DNA of 64,000 nt from the NCBI GenBank assembly GCA_023920165.1, contig CP089276.1, positions 3,410,001-3,474,000 on the forward strand. Reading direction: 5' to 3'. The DNA is from Curvularia clavata (taxonomy: Eukaryota). The position numbers and the translations under genes are program-made. The notes below the pieces were generated by a model that made no database searches, had not been told where the DNA came from, and saw only the letters and a program-made list of their open reading frames with translations. Positions 12,749-26,091 of the stretch are shown here, piece after piece. Every line of letters begins with the position of its first letter. The first letter of the stretch is position 1.

Positions 12749-13889
12749 ATGGTTCATGTCGAGGAATCTCTTCAACTACCTCGAGACTTCGAAGGTGTGG
12801 ACTACTGCGCTGGGCGTAAGATCACATTTTAACATTACCTGGCAGGCTTCGGAGAAGAGGGCCATGATGCGCAATGGCCGAACGGAGCTCGAATAGCCGT
12901 ATCCTTCGTTCTCAACTACGAAGAAGGTGGAGAGAGAAACCCCATGGACGGCGATGGTACTAGTGAGCCTTATCTCTGGGAAAAAGGCCCCTCAGGCGGC
13001 GGAAGAGAGCAGCGACATCTCAATGGTGAGCAAGACTATGAGTATGGCAGTCGATGCGGTTCCTGGCGCATATTACGTTTGATGAAAGAGTTTGGCTGGA
13101 ACATGACATTATGGGCTATTGCTGTAGCCATGGAGAGAAACCCTTCGTTTGCCAAAGCTTGCGTCAGAGATGGTCATGAAATCGGTGCTCATGGATACAG
13201 GTGGCTGGACATCTGGGATTATTCGCTGGAAGAAGATAAAGCTTACATCAAGAAAACATGCAAAGCACTTGAAGCAGCTACTGGTATGAATGTTCAGATC
13301 CCCAAGTTTGATCTAAGCTGACCGGATATAGGCCAATTTCCTGTAGGAGCGTATTTCGGAAGAGGCACGCCCAATACAGCAAGCTTGTTGCCTATCATGT
13401 GGAAGGAGATGGGCCATAAGATGCTGTACACGTCAGAGGTGTACAACGAAGACTCCCCATACTGGATCGATCTCCCATGGGAAAGCGAGCTGCCTGATGC
13501 AGAGAAAGAGGGTTTGCTGATGCTTCCATATAACTATGACTGTAGGTCAAAATTCGCTCCTAACACATGATCCTGAATTAATCTTTTGATGAGGCAACGA
13601 CGGAAAATTCCACATGCTTCCAGGTTTCGTCAGTTCGGCTGGTGCCGTGTACGAGCAGTATCTGAAAGACACATTTGACTGCCTATACAGGGAAGGCGGG
13701 AAGATGATGACCATACCGCTGCACTCCAGGATTGCTGGCAAGCCGGGTAGATCAGAAAGTCTACGAAACTTTATGAAGTACATTTCCAATAAAGAAGGTG
13801 TTTGGGTAGCCACTCGAAGGGACATTGCCAACCATTACCGCCAGACATTTCCTTACAAACCGGGATCGAAGACGGGGGGTCTCAATTAG
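12749..13889 (+). CDS. Polysaccharide deacetylase (CE4) family protein, PuuE/allantoinase-like subgroup; 4 exons
   Basis: Introns 12795-12845, 13284-13331 and 13542-13593. Motifs LPRDFEGFG, WPNGARIAVSFVLNYEEGGE, YEYGSRCGSWRI, GHEIGAHGYRW, PYNYDCNDGKF, KMMTIPLHSRIAGKPGR, VWVATRRDIANH. Confidence 0.9.
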
Positions 13890-14476
13890 GATGCAGTCTT
13901 CGAGGATGCGACTCTGGATTTGGGGAATACACATCACATCATAGTTGTAGTCATCGCAACAATGAGACTATAAAGCTGGCTGTTGCACACGAAATCTTGA
14001 TTACATTTGACACAATAAGAAAACTGGTCCTCGAGGCTGACATGAAAATGTAGTATGAACTCCTATCCTGGACTGTTACTTTGCGCTACCATACTATCAC
14101 GTCGTTAAAATGAGCGACCAAGAGGAGTTGCTAATATGATATTGACTGGCAGGATGTTCACTCTAGTTAATCTCATGATAGGGCCCTTTACCCCATACAC
14201 AACAGACGTGTACAAGACCGACTAGATACGTGTGTACTATCCCTCTTAGATGCTCACTTAATACAAGAGCACCTATCTTTAAAAAAACGATCAGCTAACG
14301 CAACGCCTAAACTACCTTTTTTCCGCGTACCAACATACATACTGAGCTGACGCGGTTGTGGTATCTAACAATAGAGTGAAATGAATATTGGTCCCAAAAC
14401 GTGACGTGACATGAGTGAGACAGGAGAAGTTCTGATCACGACCGAATACAAGAAAACATAGGGTCCAACATAGGAA

Positions 14477-17400
14477 TCAAGCACGAGCGCGACCACTGCG
14501 TCGGACCATGGTTGTGCTGTTAGCAAGTGGGCTTGACGGAACTGCCGCTGCGGTTCCGTTCGCCTTTCCCCTGGTTGCTCTAGCTTTGGTTGCACTCTTC
14601 GCAGACTTAGGCGTTATGGTTTCTTTGACTGGCTCGACAGCCTTACGCTTCTGAGCAGGAGACAACTTGGTACCGTTTGCCTTTTCTGCAGCTTTGCCTC
14701 TTGCTGATTTCCTGACAGGCGCCGGTTCGGGCTCAGACTCAGCTTCTGAAGAGGGCTCTGGATTTGAGAGTTCAGGCGCCTCAGCAGTGGCTTCAGCCTC
14801 CGTGTCAGCCATCTCCACGTCTTGCTCAGGAGCAGGACTGGATCTCTCCTCAGCTTCCTCCTCTTCGGAAGCTTCTTCTTCAACCTCTTCAGTACCAGCT
14901 CCAGCGTCTTCGTCGTCACTTGACACCTCAACGTAGCTTTTGTGTACGGTACTCCGCCGATCACTTTTTCTTCGGGGGCCGCTTGAAGGGGCAACAGCAC
15001 CGTCGACGTCGCTTACATCGTCATCATCACCTCTCCTCTTCTTCTTGGGGGTCTTCACAGGTCGGTCGGTCTTGGCCTTCTTCTCTTTGATGGGTCGGTC
15101 ACCCTTAGGCTTCTTGCGCGGCCTTTCCGCCCCTTCAGAGGCCTTTCGTTTCTTGTTTCGAATGTATTTGCGTACCAGTGGGTCCAATTCGTCCACTAGA
15201 TCTTCACCAATCCATGTCTTCATTGCAATTTCTTGTGCCCGCTCATGGCTCTCGAGAGGCCGGAAGATTCCAGATGGGAGCTTCATCTTTCCTGGGTAAA
15301 GTTGCATAGTCCAGTTATTTTGCTCTTCCCATGAGCGTATCAGAGCTTGAGCCAAATCAGACAGGATGTAAAGATTCTCATCAGCCTGTCGCGAAGGTGA
15401 AATACCGTCTGCAACGCCCTTGACACGCTGAGCAACATGAAAGATAAGAGGCAAGTTTTCCTCGGTTGCCACGCATTTCAGATAGTACAAGATGTACTCT
15501 GACATGAGCTTCAAGGTGTCGTCTTCAGTGTCAAAATCGGGATGGTGGGCGAGTAGACTGAGTAGTCGTGCGAACACTGATTCTAGAACTGTTTCTTTCC
15601 GTGTAGCAAAGGCAGCACGTCGTGCACGAATCCAGGTCATTGTGCTGTTTTTGATGTTCTTGTCCGGATCGTGAGCAAGGAAAAAAAGTATGGTGTAGAA
15701 GCGCGGAGGGAGACGACCCTGGCCAAGGTACTTCATCAACTTATCAGCGAAGCCTTTGCGCACCTGCATGCAAGGATCATGTGTTACGAGAGCCAATTGG
15801 ACAAAGTTTGCAGGTGTTAAGAAGGGGTCGAGCCGCTTGTGGCAGGAGAGCTTGAGCAGGGAATTGGCTGCAAGAAGCCGTTGGCGCGACTTGTGTGCAG
15901 CAGGAGTGCTGTCGGAAGAGGAGCCTTCGCCGTTGTTCTGCACGTATCGATTGAGTAGAGTGTAAGTGTCCTGCACAGCCTCCTTGGAAGTTGCTTCGGC
16001 GGGCAAGGAGCGTAGTCGGTTGACGAGAATCTTGATCGCCCAGGATCGGCCTTGGATATCATTGTCGGGAATTTCCATCCACTCAGCATCAGCTTCAGCA
16101 GACGTGGCATGTGGTTTCTGCAGTACTTCTTGGATTGCAACTTCAATTACCGCATCCATTTCATCTTCGCAGTCTGATTGGGCAAGCAAGACCAATTGGC
16201 TGAGCGCAGCTAGCTTTGTGAGCCAGTGGGCACCGCCATACTCGAATCCCTTAATACTCTTGGACAGAATTTCCTTGGCGTGCATTTCCTTCTTATCGTC
16301 GCTGTTCATGATAATCGTGATGGCGTGCTTCGCGGCTTGTGGAGGTGTCCCGTAGAATGCAAAGTTCAAGAAACTCTGCACTAATTTTCTGCTGTCCTTG
16401 CCGTTCATCGGGATATCCGTAGGGAACTTTCTCGCGAATGCAGCACAAGCTTTGAGGTCATCTACTGCACCGGGAGGGTTCGGTTTAGTGGCTGTCGGTG
16501 CTTCACTCTCGAGTGTTTTGCACAAGTCCTTTACGTGTGTGGAAAAGACCTTGGGGTGCTTCGTAGAGATCTCCTTTAGAAGTTCATGGGCAGTGGCACC
16601 CAGGCCCTTGTCGTCGGTGCGGGTGAACTCAATAACAGCGGGGACGTGGCTCTTGTTGTAACACAACAGGCTGACACGATAAAGAAGTGGAGTTAAAGTA
16701 TCGAGCAGAGATGCACCCGGTCCATCTTCAATCCTCTTCCTGAGCTCTTTGATTGATCTGTAAACCTTGCGGTAATCACTCGCCGGGTCCATGCAAAAGC
16801 GCATCAAGGCGTATGCACGGCGATCATGAGCTTTTGCAAACTTCCAAAGATCGTCCCTCACTCTTGTCGGATCTGGTAGTGTTCTTGCGTAGTAGGTGAT
16901 AAGACCTTCAAGGTTGGTTGTAACGTCCTTCCCACTCTTATCAGTGACACCACCATTGTATTCTTCACATAGCTTCAAGAAGTGTTCCATGTACTTTGCG
17001 CCTGGACCTTGATTTCCTTGCTTGGCGAAAAAGACTTTTTTGGCCTTTTCTTCAAGACCGTTCACGAGAACGAGTTGCCTCTCGGTCCGAATCTTGTCCA
17101 AGTCTGCTTCAGTGTAGCTTTGTTCGCTGACTGTTTGGCTGTCCTTGACAGCTTGTGAATTTCCAGCGGCAGCTGCCTTGGCTTTCAGAGGCGGATATCC
17201 AAGAGGTAGCAGCGAGTCATACAGCGCCAGGTCAACTTGGACGTTGATTTCGAGATCGTTTACATAACAGGCCTCGAGGATACGTGACGGGATCGGCCCC
17301 AGGAGTGACTTGATGATTTCGTCGCCTTCGGCAATAGCACCTGCAGCCACTCCCCAGATCTTGCCGAGAAGTTTCATAGACTCGGAATGAATGACGCTCT

Positions 17401-19051
17401 TCTTGTCTTTGACACGATCTGCGAGGTTGGAAAGGATGGAGCCAGGCTCTGCCATACCGCCGTTGCTGCCCAGCTTGCGAACAATGTCGTTGAACTCGAA
17501 GTGTGCCACAGCTTTGACAGCTGCTAGCCGCACCTTCTCGTCGCTGTCGATCAAGCACTCAGCAAAATACTTGAGCAGCTTCTGCTCTTCTTCAAGATCT
17601 AGACCAATGCCTCCTGCTGATGTCATTAAGATGCGGCCAATGCCGGTGGTCCAAGAAGCGCGGATGACGGCCGATTTGTCATTCTTGCGCTGAAGAAATG
17701 AATGGTATGCAACGGGGTACTGTGTAGGGAAAGAGTTGATAGAAACAGGAGTAGTGAGGTAATCAAAGGGCCGCGTAGATTCAGTCCGTGACAGACTTTG
17801 TGAAGGGTATGCGACAGGGTCCAGATCGGGAAGTGGAGGAGGTCCCGCCGCACCGATGCCCGAGATCATGTCACCAAAGGTCTCGGTAGCGAGCTGGCGA
17901 AGCTGCACGTTCTCTGTAGCTAGCTCGTCTTGTAAGTGCGGGATGATCTCCTGGAGGACGCCTGGGCAACATTTCCACAACTCGCGGAGAAGGCGATGTG
18001 CTTTGTGCGCCTCATTCAGATCCTCCTCAGAAGGGCCCTTGGGGAGGTCATCATCGCCATCATCTTTTGAGTGGCTCTTGTAGGTAGTCCCTGAGTTTGT
18101 GAAGTCGACTATGACTGAGCTGAAGTAGTTACCAATCAGGCGGGCCATCTTCTCTGGGAACGAGTTGCAGACGTTCTTGGCCATATTGTATGCAGGCGGT
18201 GCTTCTTTGCGTCGCAGTGTCGATTGCTTGGCATCTACTTGGATACTCTTCTTTCCCTTGGAAGTTCCCAAGGTGATGGGATCAGCCCAGAGAAACTGTG
18301 CAACTATCACATCAACAACATCATGCGTTACCGCAGGTGCCTCATCGATTATGGTAGAAAGCACCTCGGTCATGTTGTGCTCGATATTCTTGCTCAAGTC
18401 CTCGCCCTTGGAAGAGCCAGACAACACGTCAAAGCAGGTGGTGAAAAGGGCGGAGGTGAGTTGGTCAGATCCTGGAATCTCGTTGATGAGCAGAATGCTC
18501 TTCCATTCAGCGAGCGATCGTAGTATGTACATATGCTGGCTGTTGTATGGGTGTGAGGGGTCGGCGAGAAGGGGTAGAAGCTTATGGATAATGACCGAAA
18601 AGATTTCCTGGAGAATCTATGAGTATTTCGGGGCAAAGACACGGATAGTATGCCGTACCTTAAGCTTAGATGCAGGATAGGGCGCATCCGGCGCAAACAG
18701 CTTGAGCATGTCGACAATGCAGCAGACAGTCCACGCGCGTACTCCATTGTCCTTGTGCTGCAGCAGGCTCTGATGGGCGAGGGATTCGGCGACAGGCATG
18801 AGCGAGTCACGGTGGGCCTCTTCCTGGTCGATGGTGCGCAGTTCGTCGAGCAGCGCCTTGAGTCGCGTCAGCAAGTCGCTGACACCCACTGGCTTGCCCG
18901 GACGTCCAACGAGGGGCTGTTTGAATTTGAGCTTCTTGAGGCCATGGCTTTCTTGTTCCTCCTGCTGTTGCTGCTGCTCCTCCTCCTGTTGCTCCTCCTC
19001 TTGGACAGCTTCAGTCGCAGCAGCTGCGCTACGCCGACTGCGAGGTGCCAT
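14477..19051 (-). CDS. PDS5: Sister chromatid cohesion protein Pds5 (Spo76/BimD); 2 exons
   Basis: ATG 19051 (MAPRSRRS), intron 18658-18608. Motif LLQHKDNGVRAWTVCCIVDMLKLFAPDAPY, long HEAT region, ARLLSLLAHHPDF, ENLYILSDLAQ, charged C-tail. Confidence 0.96.
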
Positions 19052-19580
19052 GTCGCGTGGCTGCGCGTACAATTTAGTCGGTTTGGGCGATAATATGTAG
19101 TCTCGAGTCTCGGGCCTAATTGAGCGCGTTCAAGGAAGAAAAGTTGTGTCGTGGGCGCTCGCCGTGGTGGAGTTGGTTGGCGACGCGGTGGTGAGTGGTG
19201 ATGTAGCGTGACGTGACAAGGTCGAGGGGAACATGGGCTGCGACTTTCTGAGCAGTGACGCGCTAGCTGGCTGGTGGTACGCGACGAGCCAGCCAGCCCT
19301 GCCGCTTACGTACTTTGACTTCACCCACCACCCGCCCCGCATCCACAGTACGGAAGCTCAATAAACCTTGTTCGAGACTCTGCATCATAATGAAGGAGAT
19401 CATTCAGTGAGCTCATCTTCATGGCCTTCTAGACCTGCTTGTGTGTGGCATGCACCATACTCCAAGGCCTTCGTCTCTTCATTAAACAGAGACCGGTAGT
19501 CAATCTGGGAATCTCGCTCGCGTTTACGCATATTGAACTTTATTGAGTTTTCTTTCTCGTTCGAGATAAAACGATACAGT

Positions 19581-22500
19581 ATGGACAGACAGCAAGTGTT
19601 TCAACGGGTAAGTGAAATTGTCAACATATTCATTGCTTGCACTAATCATATATCAGTTGAAGCAGGCATGCATCCGGCTCTTGCAAGTCACGGCTAGTCT
19701 CTCGCAAAGCCCGATTGCTCGCAAAGATTTGATAGAAGCCCTTTCTGACCTCCTTGCAACGCTTCATGCTCTGACCAATCAACCTGGCTTGCTAGATGCA
19801 AAACTGGCTGAATACGCCTTTGTTCCGATCTCACAAGTTTTGAGAATCTCACGCCAAGTCCCTGTCCGCGCACTTGAGATCTGTCTCGAGTGTATTTCAA
19901 CTTTATTACGTGCGGGCTGGGGAGGCGGTCTCGAGCCAGCTTTATCTGGTCAACTACTGATCCTCTTCACATTTCTTGCCAAACCCTCCTCTGCTGAAAA
20001 TGGCATCTCAGCAACGTCAGAAGAGCTCCAGTCTTTGTCGCTCAAATGCATCTCAGAGTTGCTGACAGAATTGTCACGCACCCCTCGGGGTCAACAGGCT
20101 ATCACAGCAACCCCAAACATTCCCGCTTTGGGCGAGGCGGTTTTAGTCGTACTTCAGAGCCTCACCGACAGCAAGTCTAACAATGTAAAATCCCAGGCCG
20201 TCTGTGCAGCAAGATCAATCATCGAAGCTATTGGAGACGATGACGCTCTCGCAAGCTTTCTTCCTAGAATAGTCTCGTCTTTGACTAAAGTCTTGACTCC
20301 CAGCAGCAGCAACCGACCAGGCTTTCGGGTCGTAGAGAAAGGCCTAGAAATACTCGCGTTGCTGCTGAGCCGCCTACTGGGGGACGCAAAAGTTAAAAAT
20401 CTACCCGATATAGCTTCAAATGAAGGACAGGAGGATAGTATGAAAGTAGTACGTTCGACTTCCTGGCTACAAGCGACCTCCTCGCAGATCAAGATTGCGC
20501 TCGCAAACGTTTTCAAGTTGCGGGATCATGATAAATCAGAGGTTCGAAAAGCCCTTCTAAAGTTGTGTTTGTGCGTCATACAAGACTGTCGCACATCACT
20601 CGCACTTTGCACAAGCATGGCTACCGAAACCATCATTAGTCTTGCTGGCCGCGAAGGCTCAGGGGGCTTGATTGAGAATGAACTTAAGAGTCTATTACTT
20701 GTAGATCAAAAGCTGTCGGGCCTCTTACGCGAAAGCTTACATGGCTGGATACTAGCACTGCCCCGACTGATGCAATCCAAGGACGACCAAAATCGTCATC
20801 GGGTCATAAATCAGATTTCAGTCTCCTTGCGGCTGTTTGACCAAGATGAAATCATTCTGGATGAAAGGTTAGCTGACAGTCTGCGCGACGGTGTTTCCGC
20901 CGTGTTCTCTGACGCGAAAGGATTGGCGGAATTGAAAGAAATCACAGACAATGCAATCACCAATCAAACTTTAGCTATCAGCTCTATGAAGTCGTTGTCC
21001 TTTCCGCCCATCAGCTTGCCATTCAAGGGCCAGGACAACACCATGGCAGAGTTCAGGCTTCTTGTCCAAGAAATAGCGAGATCAAACTCAGCCCTTTCAG
21101 TAGTGGAGACACTCACTAGCTCTATCGACACGGGAACAGCTGAAATGCGCCTAGCTAGCTTTTGGCTGTCAGTCAATCTGATAAGGGAAGTGGCCTCTAC
21201 CAATCCATCAATCGATGATTTCATGGATCTCGGAACGCCGAACCATAGAGAAGAACTGCTGGACAATTTATATTCACATTCGCTCTCGTTGCTCAATCAG
21301 CGCGAGATGGACACAGAGACACCGTGGCATTTGGTTGCCCTGGCGCTTGAGACGGTAGCGCTGCAAGCGAAGCAGTACAGAGCCGAGTTCAGACCCGAGC
21401 TAAGTGAAGCACTTTATCCAATACTCCACTCCTTAGGGGGTCCCAATCCAGCTCTGCGCGAACATGCTTTAACATGTCTGAACATTGTTGCAGATGCGTC
21501 TGGCTATGCCGATGCAGGAGAGCTGGTTATTAAAAACGTAGACTATATCGTCAACGCGGTGGGCTTGAAGCTTGCTTACGGAGATGTTTCACCCCAGGCT
21601 CCCCAGGTCCTGCTCATGATGATGCGACTATGCGGTCCGTCTCTTCTACCGTATCTAGATGATCTGGTTGACAGCATATTTGATGCCTTGGAAAGATATC
21701 ACGGGTATCCCAAGCTTGCGGAGCTTTTGTTTGCAGTGCTAAAAGGCATGACGGAGGAGGGAGTCAAAACATCTCAACTTGCACTTACATCAAATGACGA
21801 GAAAGAGACTTTTGGTGGGCGAATGACGAAGCCCACAATGAGCGACGTTATCGTCACACTCAAGAGACTTGAAGCTGACACGCGGCGCCGCGCTGAAGAG
21901 GAGCAAGAAGCTGTAAAAGAGCCTTTTCCTCAGAAGCCATGGAAACAAGAGAAGGAGGCAGAGAATCCAGACGATAATCTCGATGAGGAAGATAGCCAAC
22001 AAGCACCAGCGCAGACTGAGGAGCCTCCGCCGCCAGCTCCACGCACCTTCAATATTCTTCTAAAAATCTCCGAGCTGACGCAACATTACCTGACAACGAC
22101 GTCACCCACCTTACGCAACTCCTTACTCTCCCTCCTCCAAACCACAATACCGGCTCTCGCGAAACATGAAAATTCTTTCTTGCCACTCATCGATACCCTC
22201 TGGCCTGTACTGTTGCCTCGATTACAGGATCCCGAGGCATACATCGTATCAAATGCTCTGGATACCATAGCGTTGATGTGCGAACATGCAGGTGATTTTA
22301 TGAGGACAAGGATCGACGAGGCATGGCATGTCATACAAAAAGTGCATAAACGCACTTCGGTGCATAGCAGCACCAGCAAAGTCAGTAACAAAGACGCGCC
22401 AACACTGCACACTGGCAAGATAGAAGCAGATATGAGAAGTTTATCGATAGTCGCTAAGCCCAAAGCCGACTTGTCGAGACCAGAAGCATACGTTGATGCT

Positions 22501-22812
22501 CCTTCGCGTATGATCTGGAATAGCCTCATCAGGCTATTGTGCGCTATAGCCAAACACGTTACCACCCGAGCTGAGCGTTTCGAAGAGATGCTTGACATCC
22601 TAGATCCAGTTTTGGAAAGGAGCGATGTCCGTAAGGCACTCGAGTGTAGCAATGCTGATGCTGTTTGGCTACGGCTGTATAAGAAAGGCAGACGACAAGG
22701 CAACCGTGAACAGTCTGCCATTGCTACTTCCACGAGTGCTGCGACGCAAACACAGAGGATGCTGGGTAAAGTTCCAATCGGAAAGCCGCACTGGCATTTC
22801 GTAAGGATTTAG
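19581..22812 (+). CDS. TTI1: TEL2-interacting protein 1 (TTT complex, HEAT repeats); 2 exons
   Basis: ATG 19581 (MDRQQVFQR), intron 19608-19656. Motifs LAEYAFVPI, LASFLPRIVSSLTKVL, NVDYIVNAV, LLPYLDDLV, WPVLLPRL, AGDFMRTRI. Confidence 0.87.
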
Positions 22813-23865
22813 AGGAGATAGCTTTCGAAGTATAGTTGTACAGATAAGAAGGCATGGTCAGAGTTTGCGGTGAGGTCATTGCCGACAAGGCATGTATTCC
22901 AGCATTTTTTTCTATTCATATATCATATGGAAAGCCATGGAGATCAAAATAGGTTACTCTACCCGTGGATACTGAACCAATTGCAAACTCATCCTAGGCC
23001 TCTTTATCGTTGCGCTGGACGAATTGAAGAGTCATGCATAGTCGTCCCACTCCGCAAAGAAAACGAAATTCGATCCGGAACGGCTGACAGTGAGCCATTG
23101 ACTTGCATTTTTCTACTATAAAAAAATGGCAATAAATCAATTCGAGCAATCGACATGCATGCTACCGCCGTACAGGATATATTGGAGCCATCTCACCTTG
23201 AGTTGGCTACCGCGACTCAATCTTTCGCTGGACGCCGGATACCGGCAAACACGTAAACGATATCAGCAGCAGTTATTCACGAATCCTTTTGCTTTACAAC
23301 TAGCGGTCAATCGTATGAGATCTAGTCAATTTCAGGTTCAAAGGGCGCATTTCGTACCTGCATTCGTAGTAGCTAAGACCAGTTTCTCCACCCAAACGGT
23401 TCGCAGCTCCTCGTACAGTTTAGCGCTGGCTGTTTACCGAGTCATCGCAATGCGGCAAAGCCGAGAGCCGTATTCTTTTTTTTTCTGTAGAGTTTTAACC
23501 ATCCAAGATGCCGTTCCTTTTTGGTGGCGGGATCTCCTTATCGTTGCTTTTTGTAGTGGGGATAAGTGGGCTTTCACTGGAGTAGTTAATGATGACTGGA
23601 CTGCTTGATGGTATATTACCCCTGGCAGAATGTCTGCTCCTATTCCTCCTTCCTTTCCTTTCATAATTACTTTGTTCACGCTCTCATGGGAATAACCATC
23701 GGTCGCACGTCGTAGATTCCCATTTGCGTGCCACGTTACCAGGCCACTACGTTCTGTTGCCATCGACCCCATCCGAACTCAAGAAACTGGATTCAATCGA
23801 AAGCTGCATTAATCTCGAACTACTGAGGAGGAAATAGAGTGCAACCCCCGACTATATCCGTCATC

Positions 23866-25406
23866 ATGGTCGCTAATGTTGATCATGCCAAACGGCCTAC
23901 ATTTTCTTCTGCACCTGTGGACGATTCGCAAATTGCAACAATGGAAGAGGGAAATGGGCGACGACTAGGCCGTGAGAAGAGCGCAGTGAGTTGGAAAGAC
24001 CCTGGTCCTCCCCCAGATGGTGGGCTTCGCGCCTGGACCCAGGTCCTCGTAGGACATCTCGTAATTATGAATACTTGGTCAGTTACTTTCGACATCTCAT
24101 TGTCACTGTAAAAACGCTAGTTCTCTAGAGCGCAGTTGACATTGTTCAGGGGTAACATCAACTCATTCGGAATCTATGAGACTTACTATGTCGATTTCCT
24201 TCATCGCTCCCATGCAGATGTAGCATGGATCGGCAGCGTCCAGGTCTTCCTGGTATTCTTCATCGGTACCTTTTCAGGTCGTCTTACAGATGCAGGATAC
24301 TTTCGTGCAACCTTTGGTGAGTGAGATTCTTGGTTCATAATTGACGTTGACACCAGAACGGAAAAAGTACTCATTTATTGCAGCATTCGGAACAGCATTA
24401 ACGTTACTTGGTATATTCATGGCCTCTCTATCCACACAGTACTGGCACCTGTTTCTTGCTCAAGGAATCTGCGTTGGCATCGGTGCTGGGTGTCTATTCT
24501 GTCCTGCAGTAACAATAGTATCGACGTATTTCGCCAAAAGGAAGATGTTGGCTATTGGTATATGCGCATGCGGCAGTGCGACAGGAGGCTTGGTCTATCC
24601 CGCCATGTTTCAACAACTCGTTCCAGCGGTCGGCTACGGATGGACCATGAGGGCCTTGGGTTTTGCGACTATGGCCTGCTTGGTCCTCTCGAATATTCTG
24701 GCCAAACCAAGACTACCGCCTTTCAGAACAGGACCAATCGTTGACTTTGCTGCCTTCAAAGAGGCCTCCTACAGCTTGTTTGCGATTGGCATATTTTTGA
24801 TCTTCTGGGGCGTCTACTTTGCTTTCTACTATGTCAGCTCCTTCGGTGTTGATATCATCGGCATACCTCAATATGAGTCATTCAACTTGTTTTTGGTCCT
24901 GAACGGTGTTGGAGTCATAGGGCGCACTCTCCCTGCGTACCTGGCTGATCGATGCACCGGGCCAATGAACATACTTCTCATAGTGACCGCACTTTCAATC
25001 ATTTGCGCCTGGGCAATGATTGGTGTCACATCCCGAGGTGGACTCTATGCGTGGACTGTGGTTTACGGGATTGTAGGAAATGGTGTTCAAGGAATGTTCC
25101 CTGCCACGTTGAGCAGCTTGACGACCGATTTGAAGAAATCAGGAGTTAGGATGGGGATGATTTTTGTGAGTGCTCCGAGCATACTATATCACATTGAGAT
25201 GAATGACTGGCTGACTTTCGTTCTAGACTATTGTGAGCTTCTCCGTCTTGACAGGTCCACCCATAGCTGGCGTCTTGATTACGAGGAATGATGGTCACTA
25301 TGTGTATGCGCAGGCTTTTGCAGCGGCATCCATGGTGGTTGGATTCTTCCTCCTGTGCGGGGCCAGACTCGCTGTGACTGGCAAAGTCTTGCTTTATAAA
25401 ATCTAG
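23866..25406 (+). CDS. MFS monocarboxylate-porter family transporter (Mch4/Mch5-like); 4 exons
   Basis: PPPDGGLRAWTQV, WGNINSFGIY, WIGSVQ, GRLTDAGY, FLAQGICVGIG, YFAKRK, GVRMGM, LTGPPIAG. Introns 24078-24149, 24317-24383, 25166-25226. Confidence 0.92.
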
Positions 25407-26091
25407 TGACACGTGCTGAACAAGAAAGATGTAAACATCTCAGGGATTCAGGGTTGCGTTTGATTCCAAGATGGTGTTGAGTGCAGCAACGAAGATGGAA
25501 GAATGCCACAGAACCTCCAAAAGAATCCTACGTAGGTACACATCGAATGGTGGAGCAGTAATGTGCAGTAGCTTCCAACAACTACAACAGATCATTGTCC
25601 AAGAAGCATCTGCAGGGTCTGCGACTGCAGAATTAGGCGCGACTGTAGCATCGAAAACCCTGAAGAGGCTGCGTGGCATGAACGAGCTACTGGGATACGT
25701 AGCCCACTACACCGTGTGGGTTCCCGTCTATCTTTGACATCTGCAGCGTCGCTCACCTCGAAACGGGAATAAGCAGCGCCCTTTGGTCTTGGCAAAATCC
25801 ATATTGCGGCAAATGGGTGGCGCTGCGCAAACTCGCTAATTACAAGGTCCAGTGTTGCCGCAGGCATGTAGCATCTACGTAAATAGCCTGCCCAGCACCC
25901 ACGATTTTCCATTTCATCTCAATCATTCCTCTTTAGCCTTGCATTGCGAGTGAGGGCAATTCTGCTCTCTTGTCCAATACTTCAATCTGTCCCGAATTGT
26001 GTCGCAGCGTTTCTTCAGAGTATGTTCAAACCCATTCTGCTGCACTCTCCATTGAACCGTCATCTGACTATATATTCCTGAGTTACAGACT

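Noticed and set aside
14365..22733. Numerous antisense or alternative-frame ORFs over PDS5 and TTI1 (and likewise over MEF2 and others)
   Set aside because: Shadow ORFs of long coding sequences.
25440..25912. Short ORFs between the MCT and AlaX genes (e.g. PRSLFRVFD...)
   Set aside because: They could be a gene relic but are too fragmentary to support a call.
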